Position numbers and translations under genes: made by a program
Part shown: in pieces, positions 9,198 through 18,971 of the stretch
Layout: each line of letters starts with the position of its first letter
How positions within the stretch are numbered: position 1 is the stretch's first letter
Notes under the pieces: model-generated
What the model saw: the letters and a program-made list of their open reading frames with translations, nothing else
Databases searched by the model: none
Told to the model about the DNA's origin: nothing
From: Candidatus Thorarchaeota archaeon
Lineage (GTDB): Archaea; Asgardarchaeota; Thorarchaeia; Thorarchaeales; Thorarchaeaceae
Assembly (NCBI GenBank): GCA_003345545.1
Contig: PRDH01000037.1
Location: forward strand, 1-64,000
DNA: 64,000 nt
Reading direction: 5' to 3'

Positions 9198-9830
9198 TCA
9201 GTCTGTTTCTGCTATCAATCTACGTGCCAAATCTACTGCACTCATGGCATCTTTCCCAAACGCATCTGCGCCGGTGTAGTCCACAATGCTCTGGTCGATA
9301 TCTCCCCCGCCAATCATGACCTTCACTTTTTTCCTCATGCCTGCCTGTTTGAGCGCAGCTATGGTCTTCTTCATGATATCATGTGTCGTCGTAATCAGAC
9401 CGCTCAGGGCGAGAACCTTAGCATTTGTTTCTCTTAGTTTCTCAACGAACTTCTCGGGGGCGACGTCTTCGCCAAGGTCATGAACTTCAAAACCATTGGA
9501 CTTCAAAAAGGCGACAACGAGGTTCTTTCCGATATAGTGTATATCTCCTTGTACAGTACCGATGACGATCTTCCCACTATAGCTCGATTTCTGAGCTGAC
9601 AGCAGGGCCGGCTCGAGTTTCTCCATTGCTCGTTTGAATACATCAGCTGACATGACGAGCTCTACGAGAAAGTACTCATTCCTTGAGAATCTTTCACCAA
9701 CAATGTCCATCCCTTCTTTGAGTTGACCAAGAATTGTGTGCGGGTCTGTGCCATTTGAGAGGTATGTTTCAACGAGACGAAGTACCCGTTGGTCATCGAT
9801 GTCTGCCATAGCTGTAGCAAGTTCGGTCAC
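9198..9830 (-). CDS. Corrinoid (cobalamin-binding) methyl-carrier protein, MtaC/MttC-like
   Basis: N-terminal cap GMDIVGERF..EYFL.EL; DIHYIGKNLV (DxHxxG); LSGL, IGGG, GADA. Confidence 0.9.
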   Translation of the reverse strand: MTELATAMADIDDQRVLRLVETYLSNGTDPHTILGQLKEGMDIVGERFSRNEYFLVELVMSADVFKRAMEKLEPALLSAQKSSYSGKIVIGTVQGDIHYIGKNLVVAFLKSNGFEVHDLGEDVAPEKFVEKLRETNAKVLALSGLITTTHDIMKKTIAALKQAGMRKKVKVMIGGGDIDQSIVDYTGADAFGKDAMSAVDLARRLIAETD

Positions 9831-9898
9831 TTGATTTGATGCCTCCAGATGTAGTTTTGAACGCCTAAGAGTAGGAACGATGTATCATATATCTTTCC

Positions 9899-11491
9899 TC
9901 ATACCAGCGCGATTGAATCAAGAAACACACTCTGGAAATCTTCGTGGGCCGCAAGGTCAACGTGCCTCGTATCCCTGGCTATTCTCTCCGCTTTAGCCCT
10001 GCTTTCCAATGAGAGCAGTAGTCCTTTTGCGCCCTCTCCAGCAGCGTTTCCTACTGGGATAATCTGCGATATGTCAACTCGTGGCAGAAGGCCAATGGTC
10101 AGAGCACTCTTTGGGCTGATGTAGTTTCCAAACGCTCCTGCAAGCAGCACTCTATCTATATCTGGGACTCCTAGACCGACTTCTTCTAGCAGGAGTCTAG
10201 TTCCTGCTTGGATAGCTGCCTTTGCAAGCTGTACCTGCCGAACATCCTTCTGAGTGAATATGATACGCTTCCTCTGCTTCGGTTCATCGGACTTCCAGAC
10301 ACGATAGAACAGTCCTAGCTTCTCGTTACTCTCGACCATTGGACTTCCCTCGAGTATTCTCCCCGTAGTATTGATGAGCCCTGCTTGTTTCATCTCAGCA
10401 ACAACGTCCACAATTGCCGAGCCACAGAGACCTTGAGGAGCGACGTCGCCAATCACAGTGACTTCGGCTTGTGAATTTGCATCGTGAATGATAACATGCT
10501 CTATTGCGCCTGTCTGACCTCGCATGCCGTGGTGGATGCTGGCTCCTTCGAATGCGGATCCTGCTGCCGCTGAGCAGCAAACTAGTTCTCCATGATTTGA
10601 GAGTACGATCTCTCCGTTGGTTCCGATGTCTATTCCGATCGTAACATCGTCAGTAGAATCGAGCTGCTGTGAAAGGATAAACGCTACTGTGTCTCCTCCA
10701 ACAAATCCTGCAATATTCGGTGCCACATAGAGCTCGGTACTCTCTCCAATGTGCAAGTCAATGCTGCGTGCTCTCTGTGTTACTGCATTGTATATCTTGG
10801 GTGCGTATGGTGAGAGTCCGAGAGATGTCACGTCAGTCCCCAGTAGCAGATGGCCCATGGCTGTATTGCCGACGACAGCGACTCTTGTCACTTCGGCTGC
10901 ATCGACCCCAGCCGCCTGAATAAGTTGAGTGGCAAGTTGATTGAGCTCATTCACGACTCTGCGCTGAAGTACCTTGGCCCCGTTTTCTTCACGCATTACA
11001 TGAGTGATTCGAGACATTATATCGTCCCCAAAGACGTTTTGGGGGTTCAGCGATGCGGCTCGAGCCAGCTGTACTCCGTCTGAGAGATCAAGAAGAAACG
11101 CAGCAATAGTTGTCGTTCCGAGGTCGATGGCTATCCCAAACTGCCCATTCAGACTCGAATCGAGTTCCCAGTGTCCTGCAACTCCTTCTGTGAGAATCTT
11201 TGCCTCTTCTGCACGCTGTGGAAGAATGACTCTGATCGCCCTTGATGTCTTATGCCTGCACGCCAGTCTGGCTCCCTTGCCTAATTCAGTCACAGGAATC
11301 TTCTCAATGTCCTGTCGAGTTGGTCTTCCTGCTGGCTCAACAAAGACGTGACACTTGCCGCATGTTCCTCTTCCTCCACACTCATTTGTGATGTGAAGTC
11401 CGACTTCTCTTGCTGCATCCAGAATTGTGAATGATGCATCTGCTGCCACTCGTAGGCCCGACGGTTCGAATACCACGAGGCGTTTAGGCAT
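9899..11491 (-). CDS. Reductive activator of corrinoid proteins (RACo/RamA-type ASKHA ATPase with N-terminal 2Fe-2S ferredoxin)
   Basis: CGGRGTCGKC...RLAC; IDLGTTT; GFVGGD; IDIGTNGE; GLCGS; QLAKAAI; AGAFG; GNAA. Confidence 0.92.
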   Translation of the reverse strand: MPKRLVVFEPSGLRVAADASFTILDAAREVGLHITNECGGRGTCGKCHVFVEPAGRPTRQDIEKIPVTELGKGARLACRHKTSRAIRVILPQRAEEAKILTEGVAGHWELDSSLNGQFGIAIDLGTTTIAAFLLDLSDGVQLARAASLNPQNVFGDDIMSRITHVMREENGAKVLQRRVVNELNQLATQLIQAAGVDAAEVTRVAVVGNTAMGHLLLGTDVTSLGLSPYAPKIYNAVTQRARSIDLHIGESTELYVAPNIAGFVGGDTVAFILSQQLDSTDDVTIGIDIGTNGEIVLSNHGELVCCSAAAGSAFEGASIHHGMRGQTGAIEHVIIHDANSQAEVTVIGDVAPQGLCGSAIVDVVAEMKQAGLINTTGRILEGSPMVESNEKLGLFYRVWKSDEPKQRKRIIFTQKDVRQVQLAKAAIQAGTRLLLEEVGLGVPDIDRVLLAGAFGNYISPKSALTIGLLPRVDISQIIPVGNAAGEGAKGLLLSLESRAKAERIARDTRHVDLAAHEDFQSVFLDSIALV

Positions 11492-11499
11492 CTGATCAC

Positions 11500-12405
11500 C
11501 TATCCGATTCTGAACCTTGGATGCTGCCTGTCCGGTCTAATGCCTTCTTCTAGAAAGACGCCTGATAGTGCAGTGTCAATCATCGCAATGGACGGGAATA
11601 CAATTGGCGCGTGCCTGATTGGACCGTAGAGGACAAAGTCAGCTCCAAGCACGACAGGCATGAGACTGGAACCAGCAAGAGCTACATCCCTGGCTTCCCT
11701 ACCAAACTTCGGCACAAGTCCGACCCATGTATTCACTGCATTGTGAGCTCCACACCCTACCGGAAATCCCAACTTATCTTTTGTATCTCGCAAAGCCTTG
11801 CATGCGATACCAAGCGTCAGCATGTCTACAACCCCTGTGTCAATCATTATGTTCTGAATTCCGATTGTCAGAGACCTGTTCAGCAATTCTTCGGCAATCC
11901 TAAGCCTCTTCTTCGAAGAAGCCATGGACTCGCTGTCAAAGGCCAGAACAACTGCGTTCTTCAGCCCCAGTCCATGCATTTCTTCGAGGATGCTAGGATC
12001 AGTTTCCGGAACTATGGAATTGAGGACAACTCGTTCCATTATTCCAAGCTCGGATGCTCTCTTTAATCCCGCCAGATTCACTTCATTTGAACCCGAGCCA
12101 TCGATAAGCAGAGGCATCTCTGTGATATCGGAGAGGAGTGAAATGTACTGTTTCATGGCATCTGGCGTGGCACCGACGACATCTAGCATACTGGGGAGAC
12201 CGGTAGCATCAGATATCTTTGACAGCTGTTCGATGGCTTCTTCTACCTTAGATCGTTGTACTGTTCCCTTCTTGGGATCCTGCACAAGCTTGTCCTTGCT
12301 GTAAAAAACGGAGCCAATGAGGACTGTTGGAGTGAGTCCGGGCTGCCCACCAATCTTGACACGCCCTATTTCGAGGGTCTTCTGAACTGCTGAATAGTGA
12401 TACAC
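11500..12405 (-). CDS. mtrH: Tetrahydromethanopterin methyltransferase subunit H-like (MtrH/MtgA)
   Basis: IGGQPG..PTVLIGSVFY, GFPVGCGAHNA, GADFVLYGPI, HP at C-terminus. GTG start at 12405 follows a CAGGAG RBS. Confidence 0.85.
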   Translation of the reverse strand: MYHYSAVQKTLEIGRVKIGGQPGLTPTVLIGSVFYSKDKLVQDPKKGTVQRSKVEEAIEQLSKISDATGLPSMLDVVGATPDAMKQYISLLSDITEMPLLIDGSGSNEVNLAGLKRASELGIMERVVLNSIVPETDPSILEEMHGLGLKNAVVLAFDSESMASSKKRLRIAEELLNRSLTIGIQNIMIDTGVVDMLTLGIACKALRDTKDKLGFPVGCGAHNAVNTWVGLVPKFGREARDVALAGSSLMPVVLGADFVLYGPIRHAPIVFPSIAMIDTALSGVFLEEGIRPDRQHPRFRIG

Positions 12406-12702
12406 ACACTTGGTCTCCTGTGCTATGCACAGACATTCAATTGTGCCTTTAAGCACACAGGTTCTGCCTGAACCTCATATGCCAAGGAGAAGCTCGATAC
12501 TTGCGGCATACTTTGAGGACTTACTGTGGTGGTTCATCAAGAAGAGTCTAATCTGGTCCAACCAAAGATGTGAAGTTTGGTGCTTAGCTGGGACTCGCCA
12601 AGTGAATAGGAAGTGAATTATCCCAGATAGCTTAACAAGCATACGGTCATGATTAGACGAACTCGAGGACACGGAAGCGTCATATGTGGGGTCTGATTCA
12701 TC

Positions 12703-14169
12703 ATGTCAGGCAAAGCAGGAAAGCACACTAGCAAGAGATCTGTGGATCATCAAACAATATCCATTGATCAAGGCTATGTTCTTACTAGTAGTACCCTCAA
12801 TACTATTCTTGGAATGTCTCCGAGTGGCGTTGTTGTGGTAGGCAGCGACTTCATTATTGAGTATATCAATGAAAAGGGCTGTGAGATTTTTGGTGGTTCC
12901 CGTAGAGATTTGGTCGGCCATGATTTCAGAGATTTCTTACAGAAAGACACAGTCCAAATGATGGCGGAGCGCTACCAGCTTCGGAGGAAAGGCAAGAAAG
13001 TACCTTCTACCTACCTATTTCATATCATCCGCCGCGATGGTGTGGACCTAGTAGTGGAGGGGAATGCTGATGTGTCCAAAGGTCCGGATGGAAATCTAAG
13101 AACAATCGCCCATTTCTTGGACATCACTCAGATTCAGCGACGACAAGAGGAACTTGAGCAGTCGCAGACGCGATATCAGACTCTTGTCGAAACCATGAAC
13201 GAAGGCCTCGTCATCGATAATAGTGAAGGAATTCTCACTTATGCAAACGATGCCTTCTACAATATGATTCATAGCTCTCCAGCTGCCATCATCGGAAAGC
13301 CCTGGAATTCGCTGGTCCCTGACATGAGCATGGACCGCATCAAAAAGCAAATCGAGGCGCGCAAGAAGGGCGTATCTGAACGATACGAGATGACTTGGAA
13401 GACCACCACAGGAGCCTTGGTTCCAACCATCGTTTCCGCCAAACCACTCTTTGGCCGGAATGGTGATTTCCTCGGAACTTTCGCGATAGTCACAGAGATC
13501 AAAGCGCAGAAAGATGCAGAAGAGACCATTCAGTTCTACCTTGATCTCCTATCTCATGATGTAGCAAATCAACTTCAAGTCATAATGACAAGTAGCGGCC
13601 TCCTCGAGGAAGAGGTACCACAGTCGTATGTTGATGATGCAGCAAAGAACATCTTAGATGCAGTCGAGCGCTGTAATCGGCTCATAACCAAGGTCAAGAG
13701 AGCTGCTCAAATCCGGGAAGTCCCGATTTCGAGCGTTGAGCTGACGCAGGCTCTTTCTGAGAAAATCGGTGTGCTCGAGAAGGTCTATGCTGCTAGAGTG
13801 CATTTTGAAGAACCAAAGAGGGCGGTCATGGTTGAAGCTGACATCCTATTAGGAGAGCTTCTCTGGAATCTACTTGAGAACGCCGCATACCACAATCCCG
13901 CTGAGCATAGAGAAGTCTGGGTCTCCATAGAAGCAAAGAGCGAGTCTGTTGAACTCTCAATAGCTGATAATGGTCCTGGAATAAGCGATGCGAGAAAGAG
14001 AGATCTCTTTGCTGAACGAAAATACGGCAGTGGTGTAGGTCTAAGACTTGTCCGTCAAATGATCCGCAAATATGGCGGCTCAATCGAGGTCGAAGACCGA
14101 GTGAAGGGCAATTCTAGTGAGGGGTCCAAGTTTGTCGTTACCTTAAGAAGGTCAAGGAAAGGCAAGTGA
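12703..14169 (+). CDS. Cytoplasmic PAS-PAS sensor histidine kinase
   Basis: Two PAS domains; H-box SHDVANQL; N-box NLLENA; DNGPGI; GSGVGL. Confidence 0.92.
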   Translation: MSGKAGKHTSKRSVDHQTISIDQGYVLTSSTLNTILGMSPSGVVVVGSDFIIEYINEKGCEIFGGSRRDLVGHDFRDFLQKDTVQMMAERYQLRRKGKKVPSTYLFHIIRRDGVDLVVEGNADVSKGPDGNLRTIAHFLDITQIQRRQEELEQSQTRYQTLVETMNEGLVIDNSEGILTYANDAFYNMIHSSPAAIIGKPWNSLVPDMSMDRIKKQIEARKKGVSERYEMTWKTTTGALVPTIVSAKPLFGRNGDFLGTFAIVTEIKAQKDAEETIQFYLDLLSHDVANQLQVIMTSSGLLEEEVPQSYVDDAAKNILDAVERCNRLITKVKRAAQIREVPISSVELTQALSEKIGVLEKVYAARVHFEEPKRAVMVEADILLGELLWNLLENAAYHNPAEHREVWVSIEAKSESVELSIADNGPGISDARKRDLFAERKYGSGVGLRLVRQMIRKYGGSIEVEDRVKGNSSEGSKFVVTLRRSRKGK

Positions 14170-14180
14170 CGGATCCATTA

Positions 14181-14450
14181 TCAGATGTTATTCTGAACTC
14201 TCCGGTATAGTCCTTCAAAGAAGTCCTTCTTCTTTGTCTTTCCCGCGTTAATCCTGAAGAAGTTTGTCCTTATTCGATACAGTTTTCGCTTGACTGATTC
14301 ATAGTCATTGATGCCTCTCCTACCGACTGCACTCTCGAGGATTGTTGTGACTGCTTCGGGAAAGTTATCAATGTACTGACACTGCTTGACTTGGATATGA
14401 AAAAGCGTGTTTCTCAGTAATTCTGTTCTAGAAATACATCTGTTCTCCAT
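14181..14450 (-). CDS. Hypothetical basic protein (89 aa)
   Basis: ORF fills the gap between genes; no recognisable motif. Confidence 0.35.
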   Translation of the reverse strand: MENRCISRTELLRNTLFHIQVKQCQYIDNFPEAVTTILESAVGRRGINDYESVKRKLYRIRTNFFRINAGKTKKKDFFEGLYRRVQNNI

Positions 14451-14521
14451 TGCGCACAGGTCCCACTATATTAAGAATCAATTCTTCTAATAAAAGTTCT
14501 AATAATCTCATTACAGCATCT

Positions 14522-14530
14522 AGTAATACT
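14522..14530. promoter_or_regulatory. AGTAATACT palindrome, candidate RHH operator
   Basis: Same 9-mer as the core of the palindrome upstream of the RHH gene at 37.5 kb; lies in a divergent intergenic region. Confidence 0.35.
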
Positions 14531-14604
14531 CTTCTCAGGTTCTATGTCAATATGGTTGAAGTTTTAATGGGGCGTGCAGATAGTGATGTGAGTTCGATCG
14601 AACC

Positions 14605-15300
14605 ATGCGAATAGCTTCTGTCATTGATATCAGCCTTGTCGATGTTCCCAAGATTCCTGTGACCGTGATTTTCACTGCTGGGTGCAACATGGACTGCCCT
14701 TTCTGTCAGAATGCGGAGATAATACCGCTCAAGTCAGGGACTCCGATGAAGATTCCCGAGATTGTGGAGCGAGTGCAGGGGAACATGAGCGATGGTTATT
14801 GCATCACTGGCGGAGAGCCAACCATCCACAGAGACCTGCCAGACCTCCTGAAGGCATTGAGGGATACTGGAACGAGCCATATCAATCTGAACACTCAGGG
14901 TACCGTGCCTAGTGTATTGAAGAGGTGTCTGCCCTATCTCGACTCTGTATGGTTCGATTTGAAGACAGTTCCAGAAAGATATGCCGAGGTCACACGTGCA
15001 AGGAGCGATCCATGGCCACACGTACTGAAAAGTATGAAGCTACTTCTTGATTCGAGTGTTGCCTTTTGGCCAAGAACGACATATGTTGGTCGCTGGATGC
15101 ACCCCGAAGAGATACAAAGGATTGCAGAATTCCTTGCTGATTTGGGCTTTGAGGGAGGCTACCTAGTACAGAACTACATCCGTTCATCAGGAACTCGAGA
15201 ATTAGAAACTGAAGACTTCGAGGAGCCTTCGAGCGACGAAATAGAACAAATCAGGGAGAGACTTCCCCCCACAATCAGTCTAAAGATAGAATGGCGCTAG
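14605..15300 (+). CDS. Radical SAM protein, anaerobic ribonucleotide reductase activase (NrdG-like) family
   Basis: ISLVD.P....VIFTAGCNMDCPFCQN, ITGGEPT, D.VWFDLK. Confidence 0.85.
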   Translation: MRIASVIDISLVDVPKIPVTVIFTAGCNMDCPFCQNAEIIPLKSGTPMKIPEIVERVQGNMSDGYCITGGEPTIHRDLPDLLKALRDTGTSHINLNTQGTVPSVLKRCLPYLDSVWFDLKTVPERYAEVTRARSDPWPHVLKSMKLLLDSSVAFWPRTTYVGRWMHPEEIQRIAEFLADLGFEGGYLVQNYIRSSGTRELETEDFEEPSSDEIEQIRERLPPTISLKIEWR

Positions 15301-15403
15301 CTCATCTGAATGACACACAGACAACCTTTTAAACGCCCCTGAGGTCATCTTGTTTTGACCACGCCAGAACCTAGGTGCTAATCCGCTGGAGTGTTGACTT
15401 ATC

Positions 15404-16135
15404 ATGTTTCCAACACAGAGTATGGGCTACGACCGAGCAATTACTGTCTTCAGTCCCGAAGGAAGACTGTATCAAGTAGAGTACGCGACCGAAGCAGTCC
15501 GCCATGGACCGCTTGCGGTAGGAGTCAAGGCAGTGGACGGTGTTGTACTGGCAGGAGAGAAGAGATCTCCCCACGCATTAGCAGACCTTGATACCCTCAA
15601 GAAGCTCCTACTGATCGATGACCACGTGGGATGTGCAATTGCTGGTCTTCATGCAGACGCAAGGAAGCTCATTGACCAAGCGAGGATTCAGTCTCAAATA
15701 AACAGACTGAGCTATGATGAACCAATCTCTATCCAATCTCTTGTAGTGAATATCTGCGATACAAAACAGATTCACACTCAGTATGGAGGAGCTCGCCCAT
15801 TTGGAGTCTCTCTCCTAGTTGCAGGTGTTGATGATAATGGCCCCCAATTATACACTACTGACCCATCCGGTTCATTTTGGGGTTGGAAAGCTGCAGCGAT
15901 TGGAAAGGAGTCTGATGTAGTCCGTGACTTCTTCGCTGAGAACTACAAGGATAATATGAAACTGGATGCTGCATTGAACCTTGCTCTAAAGGGTCTGTTG
16001 CGGTCAGAGGATCTCTCCGCACTGAACGCGGCAGAAAAATCCAAGACAATCGAAATTGGAAAAATCAGCACGACTGACAAGTTATTCAGAATCCTTCCAC
16101 AGGATGAAGTAGAAACCATACTTGCAGCACTCTAG
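15404..16135 (+). CDS. psmA: Proteasome subunit alpha
   Basis: GYDRAITVFSPEGRLYQVEYA, TQYGGARPFGVSLL, TDPSG. Confidence 0.97.
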   Translation: MFPTQSMGYDRAITVFSPEGRLYQVEYATEAVRHGPLAVGVKAVDGVVLAGEKRSPHALADLDTLKKLLLIDDHVGCAIAGLHADARKLIDQARIQSQINRLSYDEPISIQSLVVNICDTKQIHTQYGGARPFGVSLLVAGVDDNGPQLYTTDPSGSFWGWKAAAIGKESDVVRDFFAENYKDNMKLDAALNLALKGLLRSEDLSALNAAEKSKTIEIGKISTTDKLFRILPQDEVETILAAL

Positions 16136-16169
16136 TACTCATTCATTGACACAATCAGAAATCTAGTGC

Positions 16170-17075
16170 TCAGCGGTTGGTCTGCTCGACAAGTCTGTCA
16201 ACGATTAGCCCTGCGACATCTAGTCCAGTTACAGTGGCGAGTGCACTCCATGATGGCGCAGCATTTGCCTCTATCACGCATGGCCCATCTGGCGTTTCGA
16301 TGATGTCCACTCCTGTGTAATCGAGATTCAGGATTTCTGCGGTCTTTATCGCGCACTCCTTGTACTCCGGTTCAAGCTGCATGACCACAGCCTCTCCTCC
16401 ACCGTGAACGTTTGTACGCCATTCTCCGGGAATATCATGTGGAACATATCGATACATCGACCCAATCACCTTCCCCCCGATGACAAAAGCTCTGATGTCC
16501 CTGTTGGGCTTATCTATTGTTTCTTGGACATAGAGTACTTGGCCGAGCTGATGGATGAACTTCATTGCTCGGTATGTCAATTCCTTATTCTCTGCATGAA
16601 TCGAGCCCATCCCTCGGGCTCCGATCATCGGCTTGATTACTACGTCCCCCACTTCATCAACGAATTTGACGGCTGCTTCGAGGTTTTCACCGATGAATGT
16701 CCTTGGTACTTTGATTCCGGCTTTACTCAGTGCAGTCAGGGTGGCATACTTATCTTTCGCCCGCCTGAATGAGTACGCTGGATTCATCACATAGATACCA
16801 GCATCTTCAAAGTGCTCAAGAAGGCTGATTCTATATGTGACCTGCTCACCTGTTCCGAATCCGATAGTGCGAACCAGAACGCCGTCCATGTTAGAGATGT
16901 CCTCTTCGTCAAGATAGGTGAACCTGTTTGGAATCTCAGCCGAGACATCAGGCAATCGAAATGGTTTTGGCTCATGCCCCTTTGCCTTCATGGCTTCGAT
17001 CAGACCTGCTGTTGCCCAGTTGTTTATGTTTTCATGATAGACTACTCCGAAGAGACGACCAAGCATAGAATACAC
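16170..17075 (-). CDS. RimK/LysX/MptN-family ATP-grasp alpha-L-glutamate ligase
   Basis: DK..T...L...GIKVPRT, VVIKP..G.RG.G, YVQE, DIR.FVIG, WRTNVHGGG, GVDII, EAN. Confidence 0.9.
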   Translation of the reverse strand: MYSMLGRLFGVVYHENINNWATAGLIEAMKAKGHEPKPFRLPDVSAEIPNRFTYLDEEDISNMDGVLVRTIGFGTGEQVTYRISLLEHFEDAGIYVMNPAYSFRRAKDKYATLTALSKAGIKVPRTFIGENLEAAVKFVDEVGDVVIKPMIGARGMGSIHAENKELTYRAMKFIHQLGQVLYVQETIDKPNRDIRAFVIGGKVIGSMYRYVPHDIPGEWRTNVHGGGEAVVMQLEPEYKECAIKTAEILNLDYTGVDIIETPDGPCVIEANAAPSWSALATVTGLDVAGLIVDRLVEQTNR

Positions 17076-17217
17076 CTCTTCTCTGTGGTATTATGTCGGT
17101 GCGTTTCGGTTAAAGAGATATCCAGAAGGCGTGATAGGTAGGTAAAGGCTAAGAGCGTTAGACCTGTTCGGATTATATGAGATTCAATATCGTAGAATTG
17201 AGCAGACCTGCAGAGGC

Positions 17218-18237
17218 GTGTCGAGAAGGATGATCAACAGAATAATCGAGATTTCTGAAGAGCTCTCGAGAGAACATAGAAAGGACCCCGATCTAATCTC
17301 CCGCATGGAGACTGCTCGTCAGGGACAGTTTCCTCGGTTTCTGATGATTTCTCCGATTAGCAGATGCTCTCAGGACCTTGAGCTCTTCGGCATGGCCATG
17401 GGCGACGCATTCCGTGGAACACGCGTTCCAGGAGTGCCGCTTCTCCCGCCAGGGCGGTCCAGAATTCTGTGGGGCGGTCCACTGGCCTACAATCAAGAAT
17501 TCCCTGATAAGAGAGGTGTCATTCTGACCTTTGAGCAGGATGAGGCTGAGAGTATGATTAAGGAATCACTGGATAACCTCGCGCTTCATCCTGATATAAA
17601 GGGGATTCCCATCATTGTGTTTCGTGTTGACTATGAACAGGGTAGAGCCCGTATTATGGTTCACGGGAAAGGGAGGAACTATGAGCTCGAGAATCGGTTA
17701 CTCTCTCGATTGCAGCGACCGGGCAGTCTGGACTCAAGTACCCTTGTCTTACTGTGTTCAGACTCAAGAGTTCGGCCTCCAGTCACTCCACAGGGTGTTC
17801 CCATGGCAATTCAGACACTTGGTGGGTATATTCCGAAATACTCTGGAACAGATGACGAAACACTCCAGCTTGCTGGTTTCTTCGCGGAATGGTTACCTCT
17901 AGATGCTGCCTCTCGACAGATCCTCATCTTAGCCCATGGCAATTTCGAGGGAGAAGGACCTTCCTGCGGTGCAGGACGGGCTAGCCTCAATCCGGAATCT
18001 GTGAAGAATCCTTTTCTGCGTTCAGTCATCACAGAATTGCAGCATGCTGCCTTACCCTTTGAACACCATCAGCCCAAGAACGCAGAAGAACGTGTGAAGT
18101 CGCTCTCATTGGCGATCAAGGAGAATCTTCTTAGTTATCCTGCAGTGCATAGTTTTGCGGAGTCTCACCCCGCCCACTTCATTGAAATCCTCTTGATCGA
18201 TACAGTGTCCAATGTCTTGTCAATGACAGACATCTGA
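17218..18237 (+). CDS. Beta-carbonic anhydrase-like protein with two tandem domains (N-terminal copy degenerate)
   Basis: N-terminal GQFPRFLMISPISR...FG...GDAF; C-terminal LLCSDSRV and H-x9-CGA. Confidence 0.55.
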   Translation: MSRRMINRIIEISEELSREHRKDPDLISRMETARQGQFPRFLMISPISRCSQDLELFGMAMGDAFRGTRVPGVPLLPPGRSRILWGGPLAYNQEFPDKRGVILTFEQDEAESMIKESLDNLALHPDIKGIPIIVFRVDYEQGRARIMVHGKGRNYELENRLLSRLQRPGSLDSSTLVLLCSDSRVRPPVTPQGVPMAIQTLGGYIPKYSGTDDETLQLAGFFAEWLPLDAASRQILILAHGNFEGEGPSCGAGRASLNPESVKNPFLRSVITELQHAALPFEHHQPKNAEERVKSLSLAIKENLLSYPAVHSFAESHPAHFIEILLIDTVSNVLSMTDI

Positions 18238-18241
18238 ACTC

Positions 18242-18916
18242 CTATAAACGACCTGTGTACGACACGACAAGATCACGATAAGTATCAAAATCAAGAATGA
18301 ATGTGTTGAACTTAAACACAGGAACCACAGGCACGCCCTCATAGAGCTCCACATCTTCTACCATCCAGGTTACGAGAATGGGAAAGAACTCGTAATCTCC
18401 AGGTACGACGGGACGAAGCTTTTCAGATAGCTTTTCGCGTTGAGCCAGAAGTCGCACCGTCCTCTCCTTCTGTTTCACGGCAGCTTCGCACAAGGCTGAT
18501 GACTTTCCTCCTCTGATGCCCCACATCTTTGCATCGACTGAAAAGACGGAACGGTCGTGCATGCCGATTACATCTATCTCCATGCCTCTGATAGAAGAGT
18601 TTCCTCTCCTACGGAAGCTCTCCGTGCAACGGAAGCCATTCTCGCTCATGATAGTAGCGATTAGGCCCTCGAAATCCTTCCATGTCAACAGACCGATGAC
18701 TTCTGCTATGTCTACACCCTTGCCAACTACGGCCATGGCAATGTCGACTCTCTTCTCTCTATCAACAATGATTCTTCGTTCTGAATCTCTAGGCAATCCG
18801 AAGTGCTCCAGCACATTTCGGCCTATATACTCCTCATGGGAGATTATGTTGCCCTCCTTTGTCTGTCTGAGAATCTCTATGGCTGCACTGGTGAAATCGT
18901 TCTTCATACTGACCAC
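18242..18916 (-). CDS. PD-(D/E)xK restriction-endonuclease-like protein (Mrr/NERD-like)
   Basis: W.DFE.LIA.I....GF, EIDVIG, VDAKMW. Confidence 0.7.
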   Translation of the reverse strand: MVSMKNDFTSAAIEILRQTKEGNIISHEEYIGRNVLEHFGLPRDSERRIIVDREKRVDIAMAVVGKGVDIAEVIGLLTWKDFEGLIATIMSENGFRCTESFRRRGNSSIRGMEIDVIGMHDRSVFSVDAKMWGIRGGKSSALCEAAVKQKERTVRLLAQREKLSEKLRPVVPGDYEFFPILVTWMVEDVELYEGVPVVPVFKFNTFILDFDTYRDLVVSYTGRL

Positions 18917-18971
18917 CCTTCCATCGAGTTAGTTTATAACTTGAGTTGGTGACAAAAGTGTAGGTGGGTTC

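Noticed and set aside
18242-18916. Restriction-modification or defence island
   Set aside because: Single PD-(D/E)xK gene with no methyltransferase or other defence genes nearby
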